NCBI RefSeq assembly: GCF_000018785.1
Contig: NC_010163.1
Span: forward strand, 660,001-692,000
DNA: 32,000 nt
From: Acholeplasma laidlawii PG-8A
Lineage (GTDB): Bacteria; Bacillota_I; Bacilli_A; Acholeplasmatales; Acholeplasmataceae
Direction of reading: 5' to 3'
This document shows positions 7,764 to 17,458 of this stretch, piece by piece. Each line of letters starts with the position of its first letter. The first letter of the stretch is position 1. Under the pieces are notes generated by a model that made no database searches, was not told the origin of the DNA, and saw only the letters and a program-made list of their open reading frames with translations. The position numbers and the translations under genes were made by a program.

Positions 7764-9180
7764 TACATGGTCATTTATATTATGGTTTGCAATTTTATCA
7801 CTCGTGATGATGTTTGGAAACGTTATAAGAAGAAAGGTCAAGTTTTTTAGAAATCTTTTATTTCCTACTGCAATTATTGCAGGGTTTTTAGGTTTAGGTG
7901 TTAAATACTTATGGTACTATTTACCAGATATTGTAAACTTTTTTTCAACAACATATACATCAGATTTTTTAGTATCAGCAAAATCTAATGTCATTGATTT
8001 TAATAATTATCTTCAAGTAATTACCTACCATGCACTCGCATTAGGGTTCATTGCTATGGGGTTAAAGACTGTTAAAGATAGTAAGACTAGAAAATATAAA
8101 GGAAAACCTATAAAAACTGGACTTCTCATAGTTAATACATATTTACTTCAAGGTATTATTGGTTTAGTATTTACGATCATTTTAGGTTATGTGTTTACAA
8201 CCGTAGCACCTTATAGTGGTCTATTATTACCGATGGGGTTTGGACAAGGGCCGGGACAAGCTAATAATATCGGTGGTATTTTTGAGGCAAATGGTTTTGT
8301 TGGTGGCCAAGCATTTGGTCTTGCTATATCAACTATCGGCTTTATTTGTGCATCTACTGTAGGTATTTTCTATATTAACCGAAGAGCCAAAGAGGGTATA
8401 ATTAAACGCGCAAGTCAAGAAGCTAGTCAGACACTTGAAAGCACGGTGGTTGAAGGTTCTGAAGAAATTCCAGTAAGCGAAGCAATCGATAAAATGAGTA
8501 TCCAAATCATTTTTATATTTGTTGTCTATGCTATGGCTTGGGTCTTTATGAGTCTTTTAACAAAACTGATTGGTAATACATCAAGTTTTCAACAAAGTAT
8601 GGTAAGTTTGGTTTGGGGTTTTAATTTCATTTTTGCTATGTTATTTGCTATTGTATTTAAATTAGGTTTAAAATATATTACTAAAAAAGGCTGGATGAAG
8701 AGAAAGTACACGAATGAATACATGTTAAACCGTTTATCTGGTGTATTATTTGATTTTATGGTTGTAGCGTCCCTGATGTCCATTAATATTGAAGCATTAG
8801 TGGATACCGGCTTACTCTTAACGCTATTTATTATCACTACAGTTGGTGTGTTTGCAACATATTATTACTTAAGTTATACAACTAAGAAAATTTATCCTGA
8901 TTACACGATACAAGCGTTTGCTACACTCTTTGGTAACCTAACTGGTACTGCACCTAATGGTATTGCACTCTTAAGAGAAATAGATCCTAATTTTGAAACA
9001 CCTGCAGCAGATGATTTGGTTACAGGATCATCAGCGGCTGTTATGTTTGGTGCACCATTATTAATTATTACAGGTATTATTTATATGCCAGAGTGGTATT
9101 ATTTATGGATATCTTTTATAGCACTAGTAATTTTCTTTGTTGTATTCAATTATTTTATGCTTAAAGAAAAGAAAAAATAA
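7735..9180 (+). CDS. GltS-like sodium/glutamate symporter (ESS family)
   Basis: Track ORF starts at 7717, but GGAGGA at 7719-7724 is an RBS correctly spaced for ATG at 7735. Multi-TM protein with LLLPMGFGQGPGQANNIGGIFE and LTGTAPNGIALLREIDP motifs typical of GltS-type carriers. Confidence 0.75.
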   Translation: MTSILTSAFDTWSFILWFAILSLVMMFGNVIRRKVKFFRNLLFPTAIIAGFLGLGVKYLWYYLPDIVNFFSTTYTSDFLVSAKSNVIDFNNYLQVITYHALALGFIAMGLKTVKDSKTRKYKGKPIKTGLLIVNTYLLQGIIGLVFTIILGYVFTTVAPYSGLLLPMGFGQGPGQANNIGGIFEANGFVGGQAFGLAISTIGFICASTVGIFYINRRAKEGIIKRASQEASQTLESTVVEGSEEIPVSEAIDKMSIQIIFIFVVYAMAWVFMSLLTKLIGNTSSFQQSMVSLVWGFNFIFAMLFAIVFKLGLKYITKKGWMKRKYTNEYMLNRLSGVLFDFMVVASLMSINIEALVDTGLLLTLFIITTVGVFATYYYLSYTTKKIYPDYTIQAFATLFGNLTGTAPNGIALLREIDPNFETPAADDLVTGSSAAVMFGAPLLIITGIIYMPEWYYLWISFIALVIFFVVFNYFMLKEKKK

Positions 9181-9194
9181 CCTTTGAATGAAGT

Positions 9195-9240
9195 AAAACA
9201 CTATAACTTGCTCAGCTTTAAGTTATAGTGTTTTTTTTTG
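9195..9240 (+). terminator. Rho-independent terminator
   Basis: AAAACACTATAACTT ... AAGTTATAGTG followed by a long T run. Confidence 0.9.
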
Positions 9241-9265
9241 ATTATAAAATATTTCACTTAATTGT

Positions 9266-9307
9266 TTGACTTTTAGTAAATTGGACTATAATGATAGTAT
9301 ACACTAT
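9266..9307 (+). promoter_or_regulatory. Promoter with overlapping candidate MarR operator
   Basis: TTGACT at 9266-9271, 15-nt spacer, TATAAT at 9287-9292, then inverted repeat ATAGT-ATAC-ACTAT at 9294-9307 just ahead of the marR-like gene. Confidence 0.5.
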
Positions 9308-9330
9308 AAACTAATGGTAGGTAAAAGCAT

Positions 9331-9753
9331 ATGAAAGAAACCAAAGAAGTATTCTTAAAACAGTTACAAACAATTTCGAAACTAGACATGATGAAGCATT
9401 TAACGCCGTTTTTATATGGTGAAGACGCTATGTTGTTAAAACTTTATGTAAATGAAGCGACAACGCCTAAACTCATGGCAGAGACATTGGGGATTACTAA
9501 AGGTAGAGTCACTGCACTCATGAACAGTCTAAGAAAAAAAGACTATATCTCAGTAATTGTAAACAAAGAAGATGCAAGATCCTATAACTTAGAGTTAACG
9601 CCAAAAGGGTCATCATATATTGAAGGTCGATTTAATTTTATTAGTAATTATTTTGATACCTTGCTAGATTATATCGGTTTAGAAGAATCGAAAGCTTTGA
9701 TTATGTTATTAGAAGTTGTAATTGATAAAGTTAAAACATTCGAGGTGAAATAA
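9331..9753 (+). CDS. MarR family transcriptional regulator
   Basis: Winged-helix pattern: TPKLMAETLGITKGRVTALMNSLRKKDYISVIVNKEDARSYNLELTPKG. Confidence 0.85.
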   Translation: MKETKEVFLKQLQTISKLDMMKHLTPFLYGEDAMLLKLYVNEATTPKLMAETLGITKGRVTALMNSLRKKDYISVIVNKEDARSYNLELTPKGSSYIEGRFNFISNYFDTLLDYIGLEESKALIMLLEVVIDKVKTFEVK

Positions 9754-9754
9754 T

Positions 9755-10450
9755 ATGGTAAAAATGATCGATGTTACTAAAAAATATGTTCTAGGTGAAC
9801 AAGTCATTATCGCAAACGATAATGTAAGTTTTAGCGTAAATGAAGGCGAATTATGCGTCATTTTAGGACCTAGTGGTGCAGGTAAGACAACGATACTTAA
9901 TATATTAGGTGGCATGGATGTTGCAAGCTCAGGTCAAATCATCATTGATGATAAGGATATTACTAAATTCAACTCAAAACAGCTCACCAATTATAGACGT
10001 CATGATGTGGGCTTTGTGTTTCAGTTTTATAATTTAATGCCTCAACTTACAGCACTTGATAATGTAGAAATTGCATCAGAAATAGGAAAAGATCCTTTAG
10101 ATGCTAAAGAAGTACTCATTTCTGTAGGCCTAAAGGATAGAATGCATAATTTCCCTTCTCAATTATCTGGTGGTGAACAACAAAGAGTATCGATTGCACG
10201 TGCGATTGCTAAGAATCCTAAGATACTGCTTTGTGATGAGCCAACGGGTGCACTAGATATAGAAACCGGTAAACAAATTTTAGAATTACTCTACAATACT
10301 TCTAAAAATTTTAATAAAACTGTCATTATCGTGACACACAATCAAGCAATCGCAGAAATTGCTGATAGAGTTATCACGGTTAAAAATGGCCATGTTGCTT
10401 CCAATAAACATCAATCCAAACCAAAACAAATACATGAGGTTAAATGGTAA
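9755..10450 (+). CDS. ABC transporter ATP-binding protein (MacB/LolD-like type)
   Basis: Walker [10 protein letters not shown], signature [17 protein letters not shown], Walker [13 protein letters not shown]. Confidence 0.95.
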   Translation: MVKMIDVTKKYVLGEQVIIANDNVSFSVNEGELCVILGPSGAGKTTILNILGGMDVASSGQIIIDDKDITKFNSKQLTNYRRHDVGFVFQFYNLMPQLTALDNVEIASEIGKDPLDAKEVLISVGLKDRMHNFPSQLSGGEQQRVSIARAIAKNPKILLCDEPTGALDIETGKQILELLYNTSKNFNKTVIIVTHNQAIAEIADRVITVKNGHVASNKHQSKPKQIHEVKW

Positions 10451-12789
10451 TGAAAGCTTATCCTAAACTCATTTTAAGGGATTTTAAGAAGTTATACTCT
10501 AAGTTTGTAGCAATCGTATTCATTGTTGCTATTGGGGTTGCTTTTTTAGTTGGTTTACTTACAACTGCACCGAATATGAGACATACGATTGATAAGTTCT
10601 ATAAAGATACCAATACCGCAGATGTGGTGATTCAAAAACATACACCTTTTACCAGTGAAGAAATCTTAAATATTTCAAACCACTATTTAGTATCAGAGGT
10701 GATGCCGTATTTTATGATAGATGAACCCATCATAGTAGATGATATTTATCATATGTCTAGAATAGTATTACTAGATTTTAGAGAAGGTGTGACCATGAAC
10801 AGGCTCACCCTTGTTGAAGGTAGATTACCTGAACTCAATGGTGATGTTATAGAAGTTGTTGTAGAAGAAAGTCAAGCCTATTTATTAGATATACCGATTG
10901 GATTTACAACAACAGTTCAAGGAAAAACATTTGAAGTTGTTGGTATTGTAAACCATCCTTGGTATTTTGCATATGTTCAAGAAATATCACCTTTAAGTGG
11001 TAGACCCATTGAATCTATGATTTATGTTGACCAAACTTTTTTAGATGAGACTACCTACACACATGTTTCAATCAAACTAAAAGGCACTGAACAACATAAT
11101 AGTTTTAGTGGTGATTATCAAACTTTTATTGATAATAGAATTGAGATTCTAACAGAAAGTTATCCTGATTATATATTTACAACAAGATTTCAAAATCAAA
11201 GTTTTGTTAAATTTAATTCAGATGTCAAAATTGTAGAAGTCATTTCTATTATATTCCCACTATTTTTCTTTTTAATTGCTGTATTAGTAACAATGTCTTC
11301 CATGACACGTATTATTGCTGATCAAAGAATTCAAATTGGTACCTTAAGATCACTTGGATATTCAAAAATAAAAATTATTACTAAATATATCCTCTATGTG
11401 CTCTTAGCATCTGGTATTGGGGTTTTACTAGGTATAGGTATTGGAATCTATTCCATTCCATTTATTGCATACAATGCTTATGTAGTTGCCTATAACTTAC
11501 CACCATTAAGTATTGAGTATCATTTCATGTATATCACCTTAATTTCATCAACTATGATTTTATCAGTTCTGATTGTAACCTACTTTAGTGTGGTAAATGT
11601 CCTTAAAGAGGCACCATCAAACCTACTTAGACATAAATCCCCTAAAGCCGGTAAAAAGATTTTATTAGAGCGGTTTACATTCATTTGGAAACGACTTAAG
11701 TTTAAATATAAATCCACATTTAGAAATATTTTTAGACAAAAAAGAAATCTATTTTTAATGCTCGTTGGTATATCTGGTTCTACCGCTCTTTTATTAGCAG
11801 GTTTTGGTATTAAAGATGCTGTGGAACTATCAGGGGATGCACAGTTTAATCAAATGTATAATTTTGATATGGAATTAGGTGTACTTCCTAATGAGACAAA
11901 CATTACCTTAATAGAAGCAAACGACAAACTTAATTTAATGATACAGGTAGCATACTTTGATGAAACAGATTACATCAATCTGATTGTGCCTGAAACCTAT
12001 GATGAAATGAATGATTTCTTAAGTTTTAGAGACACAAAGGATAAATCAATTGAGTTTAAATCAGATAGTGTATTTGTGACTAAACAGTTTGCATTAGATC
12101 ATAATATCCACGTAGGTGACCTCATTAGTTTAGAGGTCAATGATGTCACATCTAACTTTACAGTAACTGGTGTTGTAGCATACTATTTTGGGAACAACAT
12201 TTATATATCTAATGAGCTCATTGAAGATGTATTCAGTTTGTATCTTAATAAAATTTATCTGAAACTACCAAACTTTAGTAAATTAGACATGAATCAACTT
12301 CAAAACTCACTCAATGATTTGGATAATGTAGTTCATGTACAAACAAAAGATGATTTAATGGCATCATTTAAACAAACCTCATCGAGTATGAATAGTGTTA
12401 TTATATTACTTGTTATTTTTGCCAGTGTCTTGTCTATTATCATCAACTATAATTTAACGCTTATTAATATAAGTACTAGACATAAAGAAATGGCAACGCT
12501 TAAAGTACTCGGCTACGATGAAAAAGAAGTATCTGGTTATATATTTAGAGAAACATTCATGATTTCTAGTGTCGCCATCCTAATTGGTCTTATATTAGGT
12601 AGATCACTTCAATACTTTATTATCAGTCAAATTAATGTCGATGGTATTATTCTAAAAAATGATATATATCTATTAAGTTATCTTTATACAGCGTTACTAT
12701 CGATTGTTTATTTACTCATTGTTTATGTATCATCTATACCTAAGATTAGAAAAATAGATATGTTAGAAGCTTTAAAATCTTTCGAATAA
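10444..12789 (+). CDS. ABC transporter permease, FtsX/MacB-like
   Basis: Overlaps the ATPase gene; TM-large soluble loop-3 TM arrangement repeated, with QRIQIGTLRSLGYSKIKI and RHKEMATLKVLGYDEKEV. Confidence 0.9.
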   Translation: MVMKAYPKLILRDFKKLYSKFVAIVFIVAIGVAFLVGLLTTAPNMRHTIDKFYKDTNTADVVIQKHTPFTSEEILNISNHYLVSEVMPYFMIDEPIIVDDIYHMSRIVLLDFREGVTMNRLTLVEGRLPELNGDVIEVVVEESQAYLLDIPIGFTTTVQGKTFEVVGIVNHPWYFAYVQEISPLSGRPIESMIYVDQTFLDETTYTHVSIKLKGTEQHNSFSGDYQTFIDNRIEILTESYPDYIFTTRFQNQSFVKFNSDVKIVEVISIIFPLFFFLIAVLVTMSSMTRIIADQRIQIGTLRSLGYSKIKIITKYILYVLLASGIGVLLGIGIGIYSIPFIAYNAYVVAYNLPPLSIEYHFMYITLISSTMILSVLIVTYFSVVNVLKEAPSNLLRHKSPKAGKKILLERFTFIWKRLKFKYKSTFRNIFRQKRNLFLMLVGISGSTALLLAGFGIKDAVELSGDAQFNQMYNFDMELGVLPNETNITLIEANDKLNLMIQVAYFDETDYINLIVPETYDEMNDFLSFRDTKDKSIEFKSDSVFVTKQFALDHNIHVGDLISLEVNDVTSNFTVTGVVAYYFGNNIYISNELIEDVFSLYLNKIYLKLPNFSKLDMNQLQNSLNDLDNVVHVQTKDDLMASFKQTSSSMNSVIILLVIFASVLSIIINYNLTLINISTRHKEMATLKVLGYDEKEVSGYIFRETFMISSVAILIGLILGRSLQYFIISQINVDGIILKNDIYLLSYLYTALLSIVYLLIVYVSSIPKIRKIDMLEALKSFE

Positions 12790-12821
12790 TCAAATTGGTC
12801 AATTACTTGGTATAATAGGCG

Positions 12822-12837
12822 TAGTATGTAAATACTA
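12822..12837. promoter_or_regulatory. Perfect inverted repeat upstream of the alpha/beta hydrolase gene
   Basis: TAGTAT-GTAA-ATACTA, a short distance downstream of a TATAAT at 12811-12816. Confidence 0.35.
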
Positions 12838-12857
12838 AGCATTAGGGGAGAAACTAT

Positions 12858-13826
12858 ATGAAGTCTAAAGATCAGGCAATTGATTCTGAATTGAGACTCA
12901 CAGGTAAATTTATTCGTTTTTTTACGCCTTCGTTTAAAGTAGGAACATTAAAACTTGCAAAAAAACTTATGGGTGCTTTAAAAGGTAAAGCACCAGCAAA
13001 ACTCTTTTATGAAGAAGTACATATACCGAGACTAGATGGAACACTTTTAAGACTGACTATATATGCACCAATAAAAAGAAAATATAATGCACCAGGACTT
13101 CTTTATATGCATGGTGGTGGTTACGGTTTAGGTATTCCTGAGATGAATGAGAAGTTATTTAAACTGCTCATTGATGAAACAGGTTGTGTCATTATTTCAC
13201 CAGATTACACTTTATCTGTTGAAAAACCATATCCAGCAGCTATAGATGATTGTTATCTAGCGCTTTTATGGATGAAGAAAAATCATTTACGTTACATGAT
13301 TAATCCGAATCAACTCATGATTGCAGGTGATTCTGCAGGTGGTGGCTTAACGGCAGCATTGGCACTACTTGCTAGAGACAAAAATGAAGTTCAAATTGCA
13401 TTTCAAATGCCACTTTATCCAATGATTGATGATCGTATGAACACACCATCATCAATTGATAATGATGATCCAGTGTGGAACTCTAAGCAAAACAAACTTG
13501 CTTGGGAACTTTATTTGGGTGAATTATTTGGTAAAGATGAAGTACCTTATTATGCGGCACCAGCAAGAGCTCAAAATTTAAAGAATTTACCACCAACGAT
13601 GACCTATGTTGGAAGTGTAGAACCTTTTTTAGATGAAACAAGAGATTTTGTAACAAGACTCAAACTACAAGGCAACGACGTTAATTTCAAGATTTTTGAA
13701 GGTGGATATCACGCATTTGATATCCTAAGTGATAAAACTCAAATTGGCATTGCTGCTAAGAATTATTTACTAGACAATTTTAAATATGCAATAAAAAATC
13801 ACTTTAAGGAAAATAAGAACATATGA
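12858..13826 (+). CDS. Alpha/beta hydrolase, HSL-like esterase/lipase
   Basis: MHGGGYG oxyanion motif and GDSAGGG nucleophile elbow. Confidence 0.9.
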   Translation: MKSKDQAIDSELRLTGKFIRFFTPSFKVGTLKLAKKLMGALKGKAPAKLFYEEVHIPRLDGTLLRLTIYAPIKRKYNAPGLLYMHGGGYGLGIPEMNEKLFKLLIDETGCVIISPDYTLSVEKPYPAAIDDCYLALLWMKKNHLRYMINPNQLMIAGDSAGGGLTAALALLARDKNEVQIAFQMPLYPMIDDRMNTPSSIDNDDPVWNSKQNKLAWELYLGELFGKDEVPYYAAPARAQNLKNLPPTMTYVGSVEPFLDETRDFVTRLKLQGNDVNFKIFEGGYHAFDILSDKTQIGIAAKNYLLDNFKYAIKNHFKENKNI

Positions 13827-14656
13827 GCACATTAACATTTAACATCGAAGATAAATATGTAGGTATTACAATTAGAGAATACCTTCAAACTTATAACGTA
13901 GGAAAACCCGTAATCTATAAGTATTCTTCAAACCACTTGTTTGAAGTCAATTTTAAGGCTGTAAATTCAGAATATAGACTAAAAAAAGGTGATGTCTTAA
14001 ACATTCACCTTGAACCTTATGTCATGAATGACATAGAAGACGTAGAACTAGATATTATTTATGAAGATGATGACATTGTCATCGTGAATAAACCATTTAA
14101 TGTCATTGTACACGATGACGGTGCATCTGAAGATCATTTAACTAGACGCGTCAATATGCATTTTCAATATCATGGATACCATCACCAAGTATTACCAGCA
14201 CATCGTATTGACAAAGAAACAACAGGTATTGTTGTTTTTGCAAAGCACTTTATCGCGCTTGCGTACCTTTCTAATTTATTTGAATCTAGACAAGTCGTTA
14301 AAAACTATATTTGTGTCGTTGAAAATAAAGTAAAAGATAAAACTGGATCTATTGAATCTAAGTTAATCAAAGACAGTAAACTACAAAAAATGGTTGTTTC
14401 ACCACATGGTAAACTAGCGATAACACACTATGAATTACTGGGTTATGAAGCAACACGCTCAAGACTCAAGGTCCAAATTGAAACAGGACGTACACACCAA
14501 ATTAGAGCTCATATGGCAAGTATTAATCATCCAGTAGTAGGAGATATATTATATGGTGTAAGTAGTTCAAGACTTTTATTACATTTTAGTGAAATATCAT
14601 TTCCAATGATACGTACAAAAAAGGTTGAACACTTTGTGTCCAACCCACCATTCTAA
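13823..14656 (+). CDS. RluA/RluD-family pseudouridine synthase
   Basis: HRIDKETTGIVVFAK catalytic motif, TGRTHQIRAHMASINHPVVGD. Confidence 0.92.
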   Translation: MSTLTFNIEDKYVGITIREYLQTYNVGKPVIYKYSSNHLFEVNFKAVNSEYRLKKGDVLNIHLEPYVMNDIEDVELDIIYEDDDIVIVNKPFNVIVHDDGASEDHLTRRVNMHFQYHGYHHQVLPAHRIDKETTGIVVFAKHFIALAYLSNLFESRQVVKNYICVVENKVKDKTGSIESKLIKDSKLQKMVVSPHGKLAITHYELLGYEATRSRLKVQIETGRTHQIRAHMASINHPVVGDILYGVSSSRLLLHFSEISFPMIRTKKVEHFVSNPPF

Positions 14657-15435
14657 TGGTTAATTTTATCGTTTAATTCTTTTAATTCGTCACTTGTTAG
14701 ATAACGCCAATAACCAACTGGTAAATCACCTAAGGTTAAGTGCATAATTCTAACACGTTCAAGCGATTCAACACGGTAACCTAAACTATCTGCCATACGT
14801 CTAATTTGACGGTTTAATCCTTGTCTAATGGTAAGACTGAAAGTTCTTTCATCTAATGGTTTTAAAATAGATGGCATGGTCATTTGTTTTTCATGAGCAA
14901 CTGGATTATAGATTTCTACACCAGATGTCATTGTTTCAATGAAGTAGTCATCATAAGGTTTATTTAATGTGACATGATATTCTTTATCATGTCCATTTTC
15001 TACTCTTAATATTTTATTGACGATACTACCATCATTGGTAAGTAGAATAAGACCATGTGAGTCTTTATCTAATCTACCAACAGGAAATATTTTTTCTTTA
15101 AAATTCATGAAAGTGATCATATTACCAGAAATTGCTGTATTTGTAGTAGAAACAATACCTACAGGTTTATTAAGTAGAATATAGAATTTTTCTTCTAAGG
15201 GTTCGATGATGTTGTTATCTAAGGTAACGACATCATTTTTTGTTATTTGCATGCCTAACACGGCTGTTACGCCGTTGACCTTAATGCGTCCGTGCTCAAT
15301 TAAACTGTCAGCACCACGACGAGATGCAACCCCAGTTTTAGAGATGTAAAGGTTTAAGCGCATTGATGCCTTGTCATCATCTTTGATTAAATCATTATGA
15401 GGTTTTTCATATTTTTTATATTGTTTTGCGAACAT
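14653..15435 (-). CDS. RsuA/RluB/RluE/RluF-family pseudouridine synthase
   Basis: N-terminal S4 domain (SRRGADSLIEHGRIKVNG) and GRLDKDSHGLILLTNDG catalytic motif. Confidence 0.92.
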   Translation of the reverse strand: MFAKQYKKYEKPHNDLIKDDDKASMRLNLYISKTGVASRRGADSLIEHGRIKVNGVTAVLGMQITKNDVVTLDNNIIEPLEEKFYILLNKPVGIVSTTNTAISGNMITFMNFKEKIFPVGRLDKDSHGLILLTNDGSIVNKILRVENGHDKEYHVTLNKPYDDYFIETMTSGVEIYNPVAHEKQMTMPSILKPLDERTFSLTIRQGLNRQIRRMADSLGYRVESLERVRIMHLTLGDLPVGYWRYLTSDELKELNDKINH

Positions 15436-15618
15436 TAAAGTTAAGCTCCTTAAATAAATTAGTGTATATGTATTTTACCAAAATATTCCATTAATTGATA
15501 CACTCGCTGTATTTATAACATAATATGAATCATTATTCATAAAAAAAGATGTAACCATCTTGTTTTAAATTTAAAATAAGATAAAATGATTAGGATGATA
15601 AAAAAAATGGAGGTATTT

Positions 15619-16167
15619 ATGACAAAAAAAATGAATCCAGGACCTTTAGGTTTACTGGGATTTGGAATGACAACAATCTTGTTAAACCTAGCAAATGCGG
15701 GTATTACTGAGTTGTCATTAGTAGTGATTTCAATGGGTGTGGCACTAGGTGGTCTAGCACAAATTATTGCAGGTATTTTAGAATTTAAAAACAACAATAA
15801 TTTTGGTGGAACAGCATTCACAGCATACGGATTTTTCTGGTTATCACTTGTAATGATCTGGTTATTACCAAAAGATTATCCGGCATTTACAGCAGATTTA
15901 ACTTCAATGGGCTTTTACTTATTATTATGGGGTGTATTTACAACATTTATGTTTATAGGCACATTCACTCATAATACAATTACTAAATTTGTATTTGGCT
16001 CATTAGCGTTATTATTCTTCTTATTAGCACTAGGTGATTTCACTGCTATAAGATTAATTACAAATATCGCTGGTTATGTTGGAATTTTAACTGGTTTATT
16101 TGCTATGTATTCTGCAGTTGGACAAATTGTGAATGAAGAACTTGGCAAAAAAGTTTTCCCACTATAA
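15619..16167 (+). CDS. GPR1/FUN34/YaaH (SatP-like) acetate/succinate transporter family protein
   Basis: NPGPLGLLGFGMTTILLNLANAG signature and six TM segments; GGAGG upstream supports the start at 15619 instead of the track start 15586. Confidence 0.88.
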   Translation: MTKKMNPGPLGLLGFGMTTILLNLANAGITELSLVVISMGVALGGLAQIIAGILEFKNNNNFGGTAFTAYGFFWLSLVMIWLLPKDYPAFTADLTSMGFYLLLWGVFTTFMFIGTFTHNTITKFVFGSLALLFFLLALGDFTAIRLITNIAGYVGILTGLFAMYSAVGQIVNEELGKKVFPL

Positions 16168-16206
16168 TTATAATTAAGTAAAATTTACGATAAAATAATT
16201 TTAATG

Positions 16207-16235
16207 TTGTAATTTGATTTCGATTGGATTATAAT
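16207..16235 (+). promoter_or_regulatory. Putative promoter for the T-box controlled operon
   Basis: TTGTAA at 16207-16212, 17-nt spacer, TATAAT at 16230-16235. Confidence 0.5.
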
Positions 16236-16240
16236 GTTTT

Positions 16241-16470
16241 TCAAAGTGATGAAGAAGAGTAGTAATTTATTTAACTTTTCATAGAGAGCTGATGATTGGT
16301 GTAAATCAGTAAAAGTGATGAATGAACGTGCTTTGGAGCTTTTAAATCGAGTTTTGATGAGGTTTAAACGTATGTCGGCGTTAACGATATAAGTGCTAGG
16401 TTTTTAATCTAGAACTAAGGTGGTACCGCGATTAACTCGTCCTTAGACATTATTGTCTAGGGACTTTTTT
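16241..16470 (+). promoter_or_regulatory. T-box leader riboswitch
   Basis: Stem I elements: AGTA, AGAGAG, GCTGAT-GATTGGTGTAA-ATCAG; GAA-CGT-GCTTTGGAG specifier region; conserved T-box AAGGTGGTACCGCG (16417-16430); terminator GTCCTTAGACA...TGTCTAGGGACTTTTTT. Confidence 0.93.
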
Positions 16471-16496
16471 ATTAAGTATCACATCACTCATCATCA

Positions 16497-16618
16497 ATAT
16501 AAGGTTTAAACGTATAACGGCGTTAACGTTTTTAAAGTGCTAGTTTTTTAAAACTAGAATTTAGGTGGTACCACGGTTTTTTAATCGTCCTTTAGATAAT
16601 ATCTAGAGGACTTTTTTA
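16497..16618 (+). promoter_or_regulatory. Second, partial T-box module (antiterminator plus terminator, no Stem I)
   Basis: AAGGTTTAAACGTATAACGGCGTTAACG... TTAGGTGGTACCACGG ... CGTCCTTTAGATAATATCTAGAGGACTTTTTT. It parallels GAGGTTTAAACGTATGTCGGCGTTAACG...TAAGGTGGTACCGCG in the first unit. Confidence 0.85.
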
Positions 16619-16647
16619 TTTATTTTAGTCAAAAGGAGAAGAAGAAA

Positions 16648-17457
16648 ATGATTAAAAAAATGTTATCAATGTTTATGGTGATGGGTGTTATAACGCTCAT
16701 AGTTGGATGTGATATGGGAAGTTCAAATACATTCACATTTATTATTGATGAATCTTATGATGAATATATTACAATGGGAACATCTGCAGACTATGCACCA
16801 TATGAATGGTTAGTAAAAGATGAAAATAATAACCAAACAGTTGTTGGTATTGATATTGAAATTGCTAAAGTTATCGCTAAACATGCTGGTAAAAACTTAA
16901 AAGTAATTCATAAAGGATTTGATTTTTTACTAGAAGACTTAGCAGATGGTCGTGTTGACTTTGTCATCTCAGCAATGACACCAACACCTGAACGTGCAGA
17001 AATTGTAGATTTTTCAACTGTCTATTACATGGCCACACAAGTCGTATTAATTGAAACTAAAAATATGGATGTATATACTTCAGTAGCGTCTATGAACCTT
17101 TCTAATATTAGAATAGGCGCACAGTTAGGTTCTATCCAACAAGATTATGCAAATGATCTATTTGATGCACCTCAAAAACAATTTATTCAAGCAGTACCTG
17201 ACTTAGTGTTAGGGTTAACAAGCGGTCAATTAGCTGGTGTAATTATGGAAAAACCAGTTGCTGAAGGTTATATCAATAATATGACGAGTCTTTCTATTGC
17301 AAACTTTACACTAGGTAATCCAGAAGATGGATCTGCTGTTGCTGTAAGAAAGGGAAATAAAGCACTACTAGAACTTATCAATGATACAATTCAAATACTC
17401 CAAGAATCAGGTCAAATCGAGCAGTTTGTTAAAGATAGTGTTTTATTAAATAGTTAA
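16648..17457 (+). CDS. Polar amino-acid ABC transporter substrate-binding lipoprotein
   Basis: Lipobox LIVGC; TSADYAPYEW, VGIDIEIAK, DFVISAMTPTPERAEIVDFSTVYY. Confidence 0.92.
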   Translation: MIKKMLSMFMVMGVITLIVGCDMGSSNTFTFIIDESYDEYITMGTSADYAPYEWLVKDENNNQTVVGIDIEIAKVIAKHAGKNLKVIHKGFDFLLEDLADGRVDFVISAMTPTPERAEIVDFSTVYYMATQVVLIETKNMDVYTSVASMNLSNIRIGAQLGSIQQDYANDLFDAPQKQFIQAVPDLVLGLTSGQLAGVIMEKPVAEGYINNMTSLSIANFTLGNPEDGSAVAVRKGNKALLELINDTIQILQESGQIEQFVKDSVLLNS

Positions 17458-17458
17458 T

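Noticed and set aside
15545-15560. Inverted repeat AAGATG-taac-CATCTT between the divergent pseudouridine synthase and SatP-like genes
   Set aside because: Only a 6-bp AT-rich stem in a promoter region; could be an operator but not distinguishable from background in AT-rich DNA.
15537-15821. Minus-strand 94-aa ORF overlapping the SatP-like gene
   Set aside because: Antisense shadow ORF; the + strand protein has clear family motifs.
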